From Armatimonadota bacterium (GTDB lineage: Bacteria > Sysuimicrobiota > Sysuimicrobiia > Sysuimicrobiales > Humicultoraceae): 64,000 bases of DNA. The notes under the pieces were generated by a model. It worked only from the letters and a program-made list of their open reading frames with translations, had not been told where the DNA came from and searched no databases. Positions 40,896 through 51,434 of the stretch are shown in pieces. The translations under genes were made by a program, and so were the position numbers. Positions within the stretch are counted from its first letter, which is position 1. Each line of letters starts with the position of its first letter. The stretch covers positions 4,352 to 68,351 of the forward strand of contig JBBIOM010000004.1 in assembly GCA_037443365.1 (NCBI GenBank), read 5' to 3'.

Positions 40896-42446
40896 GTGAC
40901 CACCATCGAAGCCATGGGCCCGTACGTAGTCACCGTGGTCGCGGCCCTGATCGCGCTCCTCCTCGGGTACCTCCTGCGCAGAACCATCGCCGAGGCGCGG
41001 ATAGAATCGGCCGAAGTGGCCGCACGACAGATCCTTGAGGAAGCAAGGAAGGAGGCAGAAGCCCGGCAGCGGGAAGCCGTCGTTGAAGCCAAGGACGAGG
41101 CGTTCCGCCTCAAGCGTGAAGCGGAGAAAGAGATCCGTGAACTGCGCGCGGATCTCCTGCGGCAAGAGCGGCGTTTGGCACAGCGAGAGGAGAACCTCGA
41201 GCGCAAGATCGAAGGCTTTGAGAAGCGCGAGCACCATCAGGCGGAAGAGGAACAACGCATCGCCCAACTGCGCGAGGAAGCCGCACGGCACAAGCACGCG
41301 CAGCAGGCTGAACTCGAGCGGATCGCGGGCCTGACCTCGGAGGAGGCCCGCGCCCAGGTCCTGTCGGCCGTCGAGGTCAGCACGCGGAACGAAGCCGTAC
41401 AACTCATTCGTCGCATTGAGAGCGAGGCCCGGGACGAGGGCGACCGCCGAGCCCGCGAGATCCTGGCACTGGCCATCCAGCGGTGCGCGGCCGAGCACAC
41501 GGCCGAGGTCACCGTTTCGGTCGTACCCCTTCCCAACGAGGACATGAAGGGCCGCATCATCGGCCGCGAGGGCCGGAACATCCGAACCCTGGAGAGCCTC
41601 ACCGGCGTGGATCTGATCGTTGACGACACGCCGGAGGCCGTCACGGTCTCCTCGTTTGATCCCGTCCGTCGCGAAGTGGCCAGGCTGGCGCTGGAGAAGC
41701 TGATGGCGGACGGCCGAATCCACCCCGGCAGGATTGAGGAGGTGGTCGAGAAGGCACGCGCCGAGGTCGAGGAGCGTGTGCGCTCAGACGGCGAGCAGGC
41801 CGCGTTCGAGGCCAACGTCCACGGTCTGCACCCGGAGGAGGTGCAGGTCCTGGGGAGGCTCAAGTACCGTCACTCCTATGGCCAGAACCTGCTCCGCCAC
41901 TCCATTGAGGTGTCGCTGCTGTCAGGGTTGCTCTCCACGCACTTGGGCGCCGATACGGCGCTGGCCCGGCGGGCCGGGCTGCTGCACGACATCGGCAAGG
42001 CCCTCACGCACGAGGCGGAGGGGACCCATGTCACGCTAGGGGCCGACCTGTGCAGACGCTACCACGAGCCTCCCGAGGTGATGAACGCGATCGCCTATCA
42101 TCACGGCGAGGAGGAGCCCGCGTGCCTGGAGGCGGTGATCGTGGCCGCCGCCGATGCGATCTCGGCCAGCCGGCCCGGCGCCCGCAGGGAGACCGTCGAG
42201 CTGTACATCAAGCGCCTGCAGGCGCTCGAGGAGCTGGCCACATCGTTCGACGGCGTGGAGAAGGCCTACGCGATCCAGGCCGGGCGCGAGATACGGGTCA
42301 TCGTCAGGCCGACCGAGGTGGATGACGCCGGCGCGACGATCCTCGCCCGCGACCTGGCACGCAAGATCGAGGAGCAGCTGAAGTACCCCGGGCAGATCAA
42401 GGTAACGGTCCTCCGCGAGACCCGGGTTGTGGAGTACGCGCGGTGA
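40896..42446 (+). CDS. rny: ribonuclease Y
   Basis: N-terminal TM, a long charged coiled coil, KH domain ([15 protein letters not shown]) and HD domain (LLHDIGKA). Confidence 0.9.
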   Translation: MTTIEAMGPYVVTVVAALIALLLGYLLRRTIAEARIESAEVAARQILEEARKEAEARQREAVVEAKDEAFRLKREAEKEIRELRADLLRQERRLAQREENLERKIEGFEKREHHQAEEEQRIAQLREEAARHKHAQQAELERIAGLTSEEARAQVLSAVEVSTRNEAVQLIRRIESEARDEGDRRAREILALAIQRCAAEHTAEVTVSVVPLPNEDMKGRIIGREGRNIRTLESLTGVDLIVDDTPEAVTVSSFDPVRREVARLALEKLMADGRIHPGRIEEVVEKARAEVEERVRSDGEQAAFEANVHGLHPEEVQVLGRLKYRHSYGQNLLRHSIEVSLLSGLLSTHLGADTALARRAGLLHDIGKALTHEAEGTHVTLGADLCRRYHEPPEVMNAIAYHHGEEEPACLEAVIVAAADAISASRPGARRETVELYIKRLQALEELATSFDGVEKAYAIQAGREIRVIVRPTEVDDAGATILARDLARKIEEQLKYPGQIKVTVLRETRVVEYAR

Positions 42447-42450
42447 GCGA

Positions 42451-43248
42451 GTGAACATCCTGTTTGTGGGAGATGTCACAGGGAAGCCGGGCAGGCGCCT
42501 CCTCGCTGAGCGCCTGCCCGCTCTCCGGCGGTCGCGCGATCTCGACGTCGTGATCGCCAACGCCGAGAACGCCGCAGGGGGGAGGGGCCTGACCGCGCAT
42601 GTGGCCGAGGAGATGTTCGCCGCCGGGGTGGATGTGATCACGTCCGGCAATCACATCTGGAACAACCGGGAGGCATACGATCTCCTCGACGCCGACCCAC
42701 GCATCCTGCGTCCGGCCAACTATCCGCCCGGGGTGCCCGGGCGGGGAGCGGCGGTGCTGGCGACCGCGGGCGGCGCCACGATCGGCGTGATCAACCTGCA
42801 GGGACGCGTGTTCATGGCTGAGCTGGACGATCCGTTCCGCCTGGCGCGGAGCCTTGCGAATGAGCTGCGGGCCAAGGTGCCCGCGGTGGTTGTGGACTTC
42901 CATGGAGAGGCCACGTCAGAGAAGGTCGCCATGGGATGGCACCTGGACGGCTTTGTGAGCGCGGTCATCGGCACGCACACGCACGTGCAGACGGCCGACG
43001 AGCGCGTTCTGCCCGAGGGCACCGCCTACATCACCGATGTGGGCATGACAGGACCGCGCGACGGCATCATCGGCATGGCCCGCTCGGCGGTGCTGGAACG
43101 CTTCATGACGCAGCTCCCGGCGCGTTTCGAGGTGGCCGCAGGTCCGGTAATGCTGAACGCGGTGCTGGTGACCGTCGCCGCCGACGGCCGGGCCACCGCG
43201 ATCGAGCGCATCCAGGAAGTCGCAGGGGACGGGCCGCGTGCGGATTGA
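42451..43248 (+). CDS. ymdB: YmdB-family metallophosphoesterase (2',3'-cyclic-nucleotide 2'-phosphodiesterase)
   Basis: NILFVGDVTGKPGR, IANAENAAGGRGLT and VDFHGEATSEK. It follows rny as in Bacillus. Confidence 0.85.
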   Translation: MNILFVGDVTGKPGRRLLAERLPALRRSRDLDVVIANAENAAGGRGLTAHVAEEMFAAGVDVITSGNHIWNNREAYDLLDADPRILRPANYPPGVPGRGAAVLATAGGATIGVINLQGRVFMAELDDPFRLARSLANELRAKVPAVVVDFHGEATSEKVAMGWHLDGFVSAVIGTHTHVQTADERVLPEGTAYITDVGMTGPRDGIIGMARSAVLERFMTQLPARFEVAAGPVMLNAVLVTVAADGRATAIERIQEVAGDGPRAD

Positions 43249-44101
43249 CCTTCACACCCACACCGTGGCCTCGGACGGCCTCTTGGATCCCGGAGCACTG
43301 GTCGCCGAGGCCCGGTCGCGCGGCGTGGGGATACTCGCGGTCTGCGACCACGACTCGACCGCCGGGGTGGACGACGCCGTTGCCGCCGGCAGGAAGCTCG
43401 GCGTGGAGGTCTGGCCCGCGCTGGAGCTATCCTGCGACGTCGACGATGGAGAGGTCCACCTGCTGGGGTACTTCGTGGATCATCGCCAGAACTGGTTGCA
43501 GGCGCTCCTGGGGCGGCTGCGGGAGGGCCGCTCGGACCGCGCCGCGCGCATGGTCGGCAGGCTGGCGGCGCTGGGAGCGCCGGTTGCGCATGAGCGCGTG
43601 GCGACCCTGGCGGCAGGGGGCGCGATCGGCAGACTGCACGTGGCCCGGGCGCTCGTCGAGGCCGGGCACGTACGCGACGTCAACGAGGCGTTCGACCGAT
43701 TCATCGGACGAGGGCGGCCCGCCTACGCCGAGCGGCTCAAGCTTTCCCCTGAGCAGGCCGTCGCCCTGATCCGCGCGGCCGGCGGCCTGGCCGTGCTGGC
43801 GCATCCTGGCGTGGCGAATGGTGGCGCGCGAATCCCTGCGTTGGTCGAGGCCGGCCTGGACGGGCTTGAGGTCTACTACCCGGACCACAGCCCGTCCCAG
43901 GTAGAGGAGTACAGGGCGCTCGTTGCGAGGATGGGGCTTCTGGCCACTGGCGGCACCGACTTCCACGGCGGCGCCGCCTCCACCCACATGCCGGTGGGCG
44001 GTCAGTACGTGCCCGAATCGGTAGTCGCCCCGATCCGCGAGGCCGCGGCGCACCGGAAGGCCGCTTCCGAACCGCCGGCGATCGAGATACTGCCAGGGTG
44101 A
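43238..44101 (+). CDS. PHP-domain phosphoesterase (TrpH/YciV-like)
   Basis: MRIDLHTHTVASDG N-terminus, VCDHDS, AHPG and GGTDFHG. Confidence 0.75.
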   Translation: MRIDLHTHTVASDGLLDPGALVAEARSRGVGILAVCDHDSTAGVDDAVAAGRKLGVEVWPALELSCDVDDGEVHLLGYFVDHRQNWLQALLGRLREGRSDRAARMVGRLAALGAPVAHERVATLAAGGAIGRLHVARALVEAGHVRDVNEAFDRFIGRGRPAYAERLKLSPEQAVALIRAAGGLAVLAHPGVANGGARIPALVEAGLDGLEVYYPDHSPSQVEEYRALVARMGLLATGGTDFHGGAASTHMPVGGQYVPESVVAPIREAAAHRKAASEPPAIEILPG

Positions 44102-44142
44102 TCCTGCACGACCGATTCAGAGGAGACGAGAGGAGCACATGA

Positions 44143-44358
44143 ATGCGTTGCCCCAAGTGCGGTGCCGACAATCCCCAGGGGCGCACCCTGTGTGTGCGCT
44201 GCAGTACCCGTTTGCGTCCCCTGCCCGGAGGAGGCCCCTCCCCGGCGGACCCAGGTGAGGCCCTGATGCCGCGCCTGCGCGCCGACCTGGCGCGCCTTGC
44301 CTTGGTCACGGCCGTCGTGGTGGCCGTAGCCATGGTCATGGGCACGCTTCTGCGCTGA
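44143..44358 (+). CDS. zinc-ribbon protein with a C-terminal TM helix
   Basis: MRCPKCGADNPQGRTLCVRCSTRL (CxxC...CxxC) and LALVTAVVVAVAMVMGTLL. Confidence 0.45.
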   Translation: MRCPKCGADNPQGRTLCVRCSTRLRPLPGGGPSPADPGEALMPRLRADLARLALVTAVVVAVAMVMGTLLR

Positions 44359-44364
44359 TCCGAC

Positions 44365-45762
44365 ATGCCCGAGGAGGGTCCGCCCCTGCGCCTCCTGCCC
44401 TCAGTGGACCGAGTGGTGGAGGAGTTGCGCCGGCGGGGTCTGCTCGATGCGTTCTCACGCAGGGCGGCCACGCTGGCGGTCCAGCATGCGGTGGACGAGG
44501 CGCGCCGCGCGCTACGTGAGGGAGGAGGCGGCGTGGAGCACGAAGCCATCGCGGATCGCGCCGCGGCAGTGCTGCGGCGGCAGTTCGGCGGCGGTCCCAG
44601 GCGCGTCATCAACGCGAGCGGCATCATACTGCACACAAACCTCGGACGCGCTCCCCTCTCCGTGGCGGCGCAGGCGGCGCTGGGTGAAGTCTCGTCCGGC
44701 TACTGCGCCCTGGAGATCGACCTGGAGAGCGGGGAGCGCGGCAGCCGCGCCGCGCACGTCGAGCCGCTGCTGACCGCCCTGACCGGGGCCGAGGCCGGCT
44801 TCGCGGTGAACAACGCCGCAGCCGCGGTCGTGCTTGCCCTGGCGGCCCTGGCCACCGGACGCGAGGTGCTGGTCGGGCGCGGCGAGCTCGTTGAGATCGG
44901 AGGCGGATTCCGGCTGCCCGACGTCATGCGCGCAAGCGGCGCCCGCCTCGTGGAGGTGGGAACGACCAACCGTACGTACCTGTCGGACTACGCGAGGGCA
45001 CTGGGCGAACAGACGGGCATGTTGCTGAAGGTGCATCGGAGCAACTTCTCCCAGAGCGGGTTCGTGCAGGATGTCGCGCTGTCCGAGCTTGTGGAGCTCG
45101 GGCGGAGCCGCGACGTTCCGGTCGTGCATGATCTGGGCAGCGGCTGCCTTGTTGACACGGTGCGCGTGGGACTCCCGGCAGAGCCGATGGTGCAGGCCTC
45201 GGTAGCGCAGGGCGCGGATCTGGTGATCTTCAGCGGCGACAAACTGCTGGGCGGGCCGCAGGCCGGCGTGATCGTGGGGAGGCGCGCCACGACGGACCGC
45301 TGCCGGTCCCATCCGATGGCCAGGGCCGCGCGCCTGGACAAGTTGAACCTGGCAGCGCTTGTGGCCACCCTGCGCGCCCATCTCGACCAGGACCGGGCGT
45401 GGAAGGAGATCCCGATCCTGGCGATGCTGGCGCGCGCCCCCGGGGCGCGCCGCGCTCTGGCGCGGCGCCTGGCCAGAGGGGTACTGGGGGCCGTGGGAGG
45501 GGCGGCCTCGGTGGATGTCGTGCCCACGCACGGAGAGGTGGGAGGAGGTGCGCTTCCCGGCGCCTCGATTCCGTCCTGGGCCGTCAGGATCTCCCCTGTA
45601 TCTGCGCGGCCCGAGGATTGGGCCGCACGCCTCCGGACGGGATCCGTGCCGGTGCTCGGTTTCATGCGGGAAGGCGCACTGCATCTGGACGTCCTGGCGC
45701 TGCTGCCCGGGGAGGAGCGGCGGATCCCGGCGCTGCTTCGGGCCGCCGCTTTCCCCGACTGA
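44365..45762 (+). CDS. selA: L-seryl-tRNA(Sec) selenium transferase
   Basis: [17 protein letters not shown] and [13 protein letters not shown] (PLP-Lys context); directly upstream of selB. Confidence 0.9.
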   Translation: MPEEGPPLRLLPSVDRVVEELRRRGLLDAFSRRAATLAVQHAVDEARRALREGGGGVEHEAIADRAAAVLRRQFGGGPRRVINASGIILHTNLGRAPLSVAAQAALGEVSSGYCALEIDLESGERGSRAAHVEPLLTALTGAEAGFAVNNAAAAVVLALAALATGREVLVGRGELVEIGGGFRLPDVMRASGARLVEVGTTNRTYLSDYARALGEQTGMLLKVHRSNFSQSGFVQDVALSELVELGRSRDVPVVHDLGSGCLVDTVRVGLPAEPMVQASVAQGADLVIFSGDKLLGGPQAGVIVGRRATTDRCRSHPMARAARLDKLNLAALVATLRAHLDQDRAWKEIPILAMLARAPGARRALARRLARGVLGAVGGAASVDVVPTHGEVGGGALPGASIPSWAVRISPVSARPEDWAARLRTGSVPVLGFMREGALHLDVLALLPGEERRIPALLRAAAFPD

Positions 45763-47681
45763 TGCATCCGGTCACAATCGGCACCGCAGGGCACATAGAC
45801 CACGGCAAGAGCGCGCTGGTGCGGGCGCTGACCGGCACCGACCCCGACCGCCTGGCCGAGGAGCAACGGCGCGGAATGACCCTTGATCTGGGCTTCGCGC
45901 ACCTGGACCTGCCTGGGGGCCGGCGCGTGGGCATAGTGGATGTGCCAGGACACGAAGCGCTCGTGCACAACATGCTGGCCGGGGCCGGAGGCATAGATCT
46001 GGTCATGCTCGTGGTGGCCGCCGACGAAGGCGCGATGCCACAGACACGGGAGCATGTGGACATCCTGCGCTTCCTCTGCCCCTGGGGCGGTGTGGTGGTC
46101 ATCAGCAAGATGGACCTTGGGCCTGACCCGGAATGGCTGGCCGCGGTCGAGGAGGACCTTTCCGGGCTTGTGGCTGGGACGGCCCTGGAGGGCGCGCCGC
46201 TCGTGCACGTCTCGGCCAGGACCGGCGACGGGCTGGCAGAGCTGGTGCGCGTGCTCGCACGCCTGGTGGAGCAGGTACCGGAGAGATCGGCCGACGGTCC
46301 GGCACGCATGCCCGTGGATCGCTCCTTCACGATGCAGGGATTTGGCACCGTGGTAACCGGCACGGTATGGAACGGGCGCATCCTGCAAGGGGACACCCTG
46401 GTGCTGCTGCCATCGGGCCGGCAGGCAAGGGTGCGTGGCATCCAGGTCCACGGCGTGGCTGTACCTGAGGCGACGGCGGGCAGCCGGGCCGCGGTCAATC
46501 TGGCCGGAGTCGAGAAGAGCGAGGCCAGGCGGGGCGACGTCCTGGCCACGCCCGGCGCTTTCCGCGTCACCGACCGGCTGGACGTCCGCCTGAGACTCCT
46601 TCCTCACGCGCCCGCGCTGCGGCACGCCGCGCGGCTGCACGTCCACATCGGCGCCGGCGAGACCATCGGACGCGCGGTGCTGGCCGGACGCGGCGCGCTG
46701 GCCCCCGGCGAGGAGGGACTGGCCCAGATCCGCCTGGAGGCCCAGGTGGTCGCCGTGCATGGCGATCGGTTCGTGGTGCGGCGCTACTCGCCCACGAGCA
46801 CCGTCGGGGGCGGGACCGTCCTGAACCCCGCGCCGTCGCGGCGACGCCGCGGTACACCTGCCGCGGCCGAGATGGACGCAGGCGAGAAGGGAGGCGCCGG
46901 GGCGCTCGTCGTGGCCGCGGTTACAGCGCGGGGACGCGCCGGAATGGCTCCCTCTGAGGTCGCGGCCGAATCTGGCGTGACCGAGCCCGTCGCCCGGGCC
47001 GCGCTTGCGAAGGCGGTTGAGGAGGGCGCCGTCCAGGACGTGGGCGCCCGCGTCTACGCGACGTCGGCGGTGCTCGAAACGCGCCGCGCCATAGAGGAAG
47101 CCCTGGGAGCATACCACAGGGCCGAGCCGTGGCGCCGCGGCATGCCGCGCGAGGAGCTCAAGAGGCGGGTACAGGCCGGGCCCCGCGACCCTCTGCTGGA
47201 GGCGGTGCTGGCACAGCTCTTGGGCGCGGGGGGCCTGGTGGAGACCCGAGGCTTGCTGGCGCTGGCAGGGCACACACCGAGGGTGGGGGAGGGCGAAAGG
47301 GCGCTGCGCGAGGCCCTCCTGGCGTTGCTGGAGCGGGCGGGTATCCAACCCCTCCCGGGCGGGGAAATCGAGCGCCTGGGGCCTCCCAGTGCCCTGAACA
47401 GGGCGTTCCAGGCGCTGATCGACGAGGCCCTGGCCGTGCAGATAGCGCCCGACCTGCGGATCGCCGCGCGCGCGGCGGAGCAGGCCCGGCAGGCCGTGCT
47501 CGAGATGCTCCAACAGGGTACGCCAGTGAGTGTGGCGTCGCTACGTGACCGGCTTCAGACCAACAGGAAGTACGCGCTGGCCCTGCTGGAGTACCTGGAT
47601 TCGGCGCGGGTTACGCGCCGCGTGGGCGACCGGCGGATCCCCGGCCCCCTGGCCGAGCAGCCGCTCTGGCCGCCTGGCTAG
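45762..47681 (+). CDS. selB: selenocysteine-specific translation elongation factor SelB
   Basis: [19 protein letters not shown]...[17 protein letters not shown]-Tu-like domains II/III and a long C-terminal winged-helix region. TGATG overlap with selA. The track ORF start 45399 was rejected. Confidence 0.9.
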   Translation: MHPVTIGTAGHIDHGKSALVRALTGTDPDRLAEEQRRGMTLDLGFAHLDLPGGRRVGIVDVPGHEALVHNMLAGAGGIDLVMLVVAADEGAMPQTREHVDILRFLCPWGGVVVISKMDLGPDPEWLAAVEEDLSGLVAGTALEGAPLVHVSARTGDGLAELVRVLARLVEQVPERSADGPARMPVDRSFTMQGFGTVVTGTVWNGRILQGDTLVLLPSGRQARVRGIQVHGVAVPEATAGSRAAVNLAGVEKSEARRGDVLATPGAFRVTDRLDVRLRLLPHAPALRHAARLHVHIGAGETIGRAVLAGRGALAPGEEGLAQIRLEAQVVAVHGDRFVVRRYSPTSTVGGGTVLNPAPSRRRRGTPAAAEMDAGEKGGAGALVVAAVTARGRAGMAPSEVAAESGVTEPVARAALAKAVEEGAVQDVGARVYATSAVLETRRAIEEALGAYHRAEPWRRGMPREELKRRVQAGPRDPLLEAVLAQLLGAGGLVETRGLLALAGHTPRVGEGERALREALLALLERAGIQPLPGGEIERLGPPSALNRAFQALIDEALAVQIAPDLRIAARAAEQARQAVLEMLQQGTPVSVASLRDRLQTNRKYALALLEYLDSARVTRRVGDRRIPGPLAEQPLWPPG

Positions 47682-48847
47682 TCGCTGACGCGCACATCGG
47701 TAATGCGGGTCGTGGCCGACCAGGTGGCGAACTCCTGGCAGATGCCGGGCGACAGTTCCACCGTGGCGCGGGCCGAGCCCCCCGCGGGAATCGCTCCGAC
47801 CTTGGCCACACCGGACCGGCTGTCCTGCACGAATCGGGGAGCCGGCAGCACCAGGCGACAGCCGCCCTCTATCTGAACAGCAACCGTGGCGCCTGCCACG
47901 GCAACAGGGCTGCGGTTCGTGACCACGACCACGAACCCCGCGGCAGCGCCCAGCCACTGCACTTGAGCCTCGAGCTGCTTGCCGACTATCTGCGCGAACT
48001 GCGCCATCCCCTTGATCTCACCGGCGTGCTCGGCCAGGGCACCGGTGATCTGCCCGATCGGCCGGATGACGACGGTGTAGCGACGGACGACCTCGCCCAC
48101 CTGCAGGCGAACCTCGAAGCCCGATGTCCTCCCGCGCGGCACGGGATTGGGGTAGACGGGAGCCGTTCCCTCTGCCACACGGCGCCCGGCTTCGCCAAAC
48201 GCCCGCACCTCAGCGTAGACGGACATCGCCGGGCCCTGGTTCTCCACTGTGCCTGCGACGATCAGCGTGGCATCCTCTACGCGCGCGGACGATGCCCGGA
48301 TACTCCACGCGGCAGGCTGCGCCGTGGGCGCAGCGGTGGGCGCCCCTGGCTGTGGGCGGGGCGCTGGCACTTCGACGCGCAGGCCTGTCTCTGCCCTGAA
48401 GACCTCCACCGTCTCGGCCTTCTCACGACGCACCAGGAAGGCCACACCGGCGAAGGGGTAGGAGAGAAGGTCTCCGTCCGGGGTCGCCGTGACGACGCTC
48501 GCGGACGCGCCCGCATAAGCGCTCCGAACCGCGGCGAGGGTGGAGCCAGGTCCGATGCCGCGCGCCGTGCGGCACGCCGGCGTGCGCGTGCTGATGCGCT
48601 CGACGAACCCGTAGTCGGTCACCATCTGTGCCCAGGGCTCGCGCAGGGCGTAGACCACGCGCGTTCCCGACTCCACCGCGCGCAGGGGCGTGCCCGTGGT
48701 GGCAATGGCCGCGGCCACACCCATCCCGAGCCGCACCCCGGCGATGCCGGCACCTTCCGCGATCACGCACTCGGCCGGACCTCCAGCGGACCAGCGACCC
48801 GGCGCCGCCAGCACCAGCGCGACTGCAAGAACCCACGCTCTGCGCAT
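47678..48847 (-). CDS. hypothetical exported protein (signal peptide, two-part architecture with a Pro-rich linker)
   Basis: Signal peptide MRRAWVLAVALVLAAPG. The C-terminal half has two beta-rich repeats (TLIVAGTVENQGPAMSVYAEV... and FVVVVTNRSPVAVAGATVAV...). I recognise no family. Confidence 0.5.
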   Translation of the reverse strand: MRRAWVLAVALVLAAPGRWSAGGPAECVIAEGAGIAGVRLGMGVAAAIATTGTPLRAVESGTRVVYALREPWAQMVTDYGFVERISTRTPACRTARGIGPGSTLAAVRSAYAGASASVVTATPDGDLLSYPFAGVAFLVRREKAETVEVFRAETGLRVEVPAPRPQPGAPTAAPTAQPAAWSIRASSARVEDATLIVAGTVENQGPAMSVYAEVRAFGEAGRRVAEGTAPVYPNPVPRGRTSGFEVRLQVGEVVRRYTVVIRPIGQITGALAEHAGEIKGMAQFAQIVGKQLEAQVQWLGAAAGFVVVVTNRSPVAVAGATVAVQIEGGCRLVLPAPRFVQDSRSGVAKVGAIPAGGSARATVELSPGICQEFATWSATTRITDVRVSD

Positions 48848-48937
48848 CCGCACGGCAATCACCACCTGGATACTACGACGCAACGCCCAAAGTCCCTCCA
48901 CCGGCCGTGATGCTGCGTGATCGAGAACCCGGCCTTC

Positions 48938-48966
48938 TTGCCGATCGCGCAGGGCGCGCTTACAAT
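48938..48966 (+). promoter_or_regulatory. candidate promoter for tRNA-Sec
   Basis: TTGCCG (48938-48943), a 17-nt spacer, then TACAAT (48961-48966). The -10 hexamer ends 24 nt before the tRNA 5' end. Confidence 0.5.
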
Positions 48967-48990
48967 CTAGCTGCGGCCCGAAGGCCGCGC

Positions 48991-49085
48991 GGAGGGCATT
49001 GTTCGCTGGTGCGGGCCCCGGTCTTCAAAACCGGTCGCTGGGCTTGACGGTCCAGGCTGGGTTCGATTCCCAGGGCCCTCCGCCA
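48991..49085 (+). tRNA. selC: tRNA-Sec (anticodon UCA), 95 nt with encoded CCA
   Basis: Hand fold. Acceptor GGAGGGC pairs with GCCCTCC, with discriminator G and CCA. D-stem of 6 bp, GTTCGC/GCGGGC, with a 4-nt loop TGGT. Anticodon stem CCGGT/ACCGG with loop CTTCAAA. Long variable arm of about 22 nt. T-arm TGGG-TTCGATT-CCCA. The 6-bp D-stem with a tetraloop and the long variable arm are tRNA-Sec hallmarks. Confidence 0.9.
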
Positions 49086-49135
49086 GCCCCTGCTGTGGAG
49101 GGCATAGCAGCCGCCTGACCCGAGGAGCCCCGAAC

Positions 49136-49495
49136 ATGATCTCTCATTCACGCGCAGCAGGGGGCCTGATCCTGCTTCTCATCGTCACGATATCCGCCGC
49201 GACCGGTGCCGTCATCACGAGGGCGGTGGATCAGGCCAGGGGCGTGCGGGTCTCCATGGGGTATGATGGCAGCGAAGTGCTCCTCTGGAACTCCACGGCC
49301 CAGACCTGGAGAATCTGCTCGGTGGTCCTGGACAACCGCTACGGCCTGGAGACCGCAAGCATCCCGGTGCGCACCCTGCTGATGCTTCCCAAGCGCCTGT
49401 TCGGAGCACCCGATGATTGGGAGCCGCGGCGGGCGGTCGTACGGTGTGAGGAACCCAGGAGCGGTTCCTGGGAGAGCCGGGTCAGCCCTTACTAG
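49136..49495 (+). CDS. hypothetical membrane-anchored protein
   Basis: N-terminal TM GGLILLLIVTISAATGAVI; I recognise no motif. Confidence 0.35.
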   Translation: MISHSRAAGGLILLLIVTISAATGAVITRAVDQARGVRVSMGYDGSEVLLWNSTAQTWRICSVVLDNRYGLETASIPVRTLLMLPKRLFGAPDDWEPRRAVVRCEEPRSGSWESRVSPY

Positions 49496-49551
49496 CGCCG
49501 ATACGGCGCCCGACCGATGGCCTGCTTCCATGCTGGCCGATAGGGTGAAGC

Positions 49552-50652
49552 GTGATGGGACCCGCAGACGCCGGCCGCCAGCAGCCCGGCCCGCCCCTGG
49601 CGCAGCCTGCGGCGACGCACGCCCGCAGAAACCCGATCCGGCGCCTGGCCCGGGCGCCGCTGCTGCTCAAGATCCTGGTGGCCAACGCCGGCATCGTGGT
49701 GCTGGGCGCCGTGGCCGGGACAGCGATCTCGCTCCGCCACGGTGCCGTCCATCCCGGCGCCCCGCACTACGACCTTATGATCCTCTTTGGGACAGCCGGC
49801 GTGGCGGTGAGCGTGGCCGTCAACTTCCTGGTGCTGCGGGCCGTGTTGAGGCCACTGGATCACCTGCAGCGGGCCGTGGACGCGGTGGCCGAGGGGGAGC
49901 GCGGCGTGCGCGTGGCACGCTACGGCCTCTCCGATGACCGCCTCGACCACCTGGCCGACACCTTTGACCGCATGATCGCGGCGCTGGAGGAGCAGGCCGA
50001 GCGGCTGCGGCTGTTGCCCGGGCAGATCCTCCGGGCGCAGGAGGAGGAGCGGCGCCGGGTGGCGCGCGAACTGCACGACGAGGCCGCCCAGTCGCTCACA
50101 TCGCTGCTGGTGCGCCTGCGGCTGCTGGAGCAGGCCCAGGCGCCGGAGGCGGCGCAGCAGCGGGTCGCCGAGCTGCGCCGGCTCACAGCGCGGGCCCTCG
50201 ACGACGTGCGGCGGATCGCCCTGGAGATGCGGCCCTCGGTTCTCGACGACCTGGGGCTGGCTGATGCGCTCCACGCGCACGTCGACGGCCTCAACGCGTC
50301 TGGCAGTACGCGGATCAGCCTGCTGACCGAGGGCCTCGGCGTCCGCCTGGAACCCGGGGTGGAGTTGGCCCTCTACCGGGTGGCCCAGGAGGCACTGACC
50401 AACGCCAGGCGGCACGCCCGGGCGTCGGCGGCACGGGTGCGGATCCACCGGGAGGGGTCCGACGTCGTCCTGGAGGTGGAGGATGACGGCGCCGGCTTCG
50501 ACCCGCATCAGGCCTCCTCCAGAGGGAGCGGGCTAGGCCTGGCCGGCATGCGCGAGCGCATGGGTCTGATTGGCGGGACGCTGACGATCAGGTCAGCCCC
50601 AGGGCAGGGGACCACGGTGGTGGCGCGGGTCAGCCTGAGGGAGCGGAGGTAG
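49552..50652 (+). CDS. sensor histidine kinase (HAMP, HisKA_3 and HATPase domains; NarX/DegS class)
   Basis: Two TM helices with a very short external loop, HAMP (LRPLDHLQRAVDAV), H-box RVARELHDEAAQSL, N-box EALTNARRHA, and the G motifs DDGAGF and GLGLAGMRER. Confidence 0.8.
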   Translation: MMGPADAGRQQPGPPLAQPAATHARRNPIRRLARAPLLLKILVANAGIVVLGAVAGTAISLRHGAVHPGAPHYDLMILFGTAGVAVSVAVNFLVLRAVLRPLDHLQRAVDAVAEGERGVRVARYGLSDDRLDHLADTFDRMIAALEEQAERLRLLPGQILRAQEEERRRVARELHDEAAQSLTSLLVRLRLLEQAQAPEAAQQRVAELRRLTARALDDVRRIALEMRPSVLDDLGLADALHAHVDGLNASGSTRISLLTEGLGVRLEPGVELALYRVAQEALTNARRHARASAARVRIHREGSDVVLEVEDDGAGFDPHQASSRGSGLGLAGMRERMGLIGGTLTIRSAPGQGTTVVARVSLRERR

Positions 50653-50657
50653 CCGGG

Positions 50658-51320
50658 ATGTCGGGGCCCATCCGCGTTCTGCTTGCCGATGACCACCCTG
50701 TTCTCCGTACCGGGCTGCGCACGTTGCTGGAGCAGGAACCCGACATGGCCGTTGTGGGTGAGGCCTCCGACGGGCACGAGGCGGTCGCTCTGGCGCAGCG
50801 GCTGCGCCCCGACGTGATCGTAATGGACATTAGCATGCCCGGGCTGGACGGCCTTGAGGCCACGCGCCGGATACGCGCCCTCGGCCTGTCCTCCCCCGTC
50901 TTGATCCTGACGGTGCACGCCCAGGAGCGGTACCTGTTTCCGGTGCTCAAGGCCGGAGCCGCGGGCTACCTGAACAAGACCGCGGCGGACATGGAACTCG
51001 TGGCCGCGGCGCGCACCGTAGCCGGCGGTGGGGCGTTCCTGCACCCGGGCGCCACGCGCATGCTGCTCGAGGACTTCGTGACCCGCGTGCACACGGGCGC
51101 GGAGAAGGACAGCTTCGACCGGCTCAGCGAGCGAGAGCGCGAGGTCCTGAGGATGGTGGCCTCGGGTTACACTTCACGCGAGATCGCCGACCATCTCAGC
51201 CTGAGCCCAAAGAGCGTGGAGACGTATCGCGCCCGCATCATGGAGAAACTGGAGCTGTCGACCCGCGCCGAGCTAGTGCGCTACGCCCTGCGGCGCGGCC
51301 TGCTGACAGGAGACGTGTAG
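50658..51320 (+). CDS. NarL/FixJ-family response regulator (REC plus LuxR-type HTH)
   Basis: VLLADDHPVLR, VIVMDISMPGLDG, LSEREREVLRMVASGYTSREIADHLSLSPKSVETY. Confidence 0.9.
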   Translation: MSGPIRVLLADDHPVLRTGLRTLLEQEPDMAVVGEASDGHEAVALAQRLRPDVIVMDISMPGLDGLEATRRIRALGLSSPVLILTVHAQERYLFPVLKAGAAGYLNKTAADMELVAAARTVAGGGAFLHPGATRMLLEDFVTRVHTGAEKDSFDRLSEREREVLRMVASGYTSREIADHLSLSPKSVETYRARIMEKLELSTRAELVRYALRRGLLTGDV

Positions 51321-51434
51321 CTCAGCCGGTCGGGTAGCATTCCTGCCCGGGCATCCGTAGGGAAAACTTCCGCCAAGAAAATCCGACTTTTCCTGATTTC
51401 GCACCGCCTCTGCGCCGGTCACCATAGGGGCCGG

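Noticed and set aside
45399-45761. The 121-codon N-terminal extension of selB in the ORF track.
   Set aside because: It lies wholly inside selA in another frame and is Arg/Gly-rich. The conserved SelB N-terminus ([17 protein letters not shown]) begins at the ATG that overlaps the selA stop.
49097-49105. A 9-nt copy (GGAGGGCAT) of the tRNA-Sec 5' end, 12 nt downstream of the tRNA; considered as a possible att-type duplication marking an integrated element.
   Set aside because: It is too short to distinguish from chance in GC-rich sequence. It copies the 5' end of the tRNA, not the 3' end as integrase targets usually do, and no integrase or other mobile-element gene is in the window.
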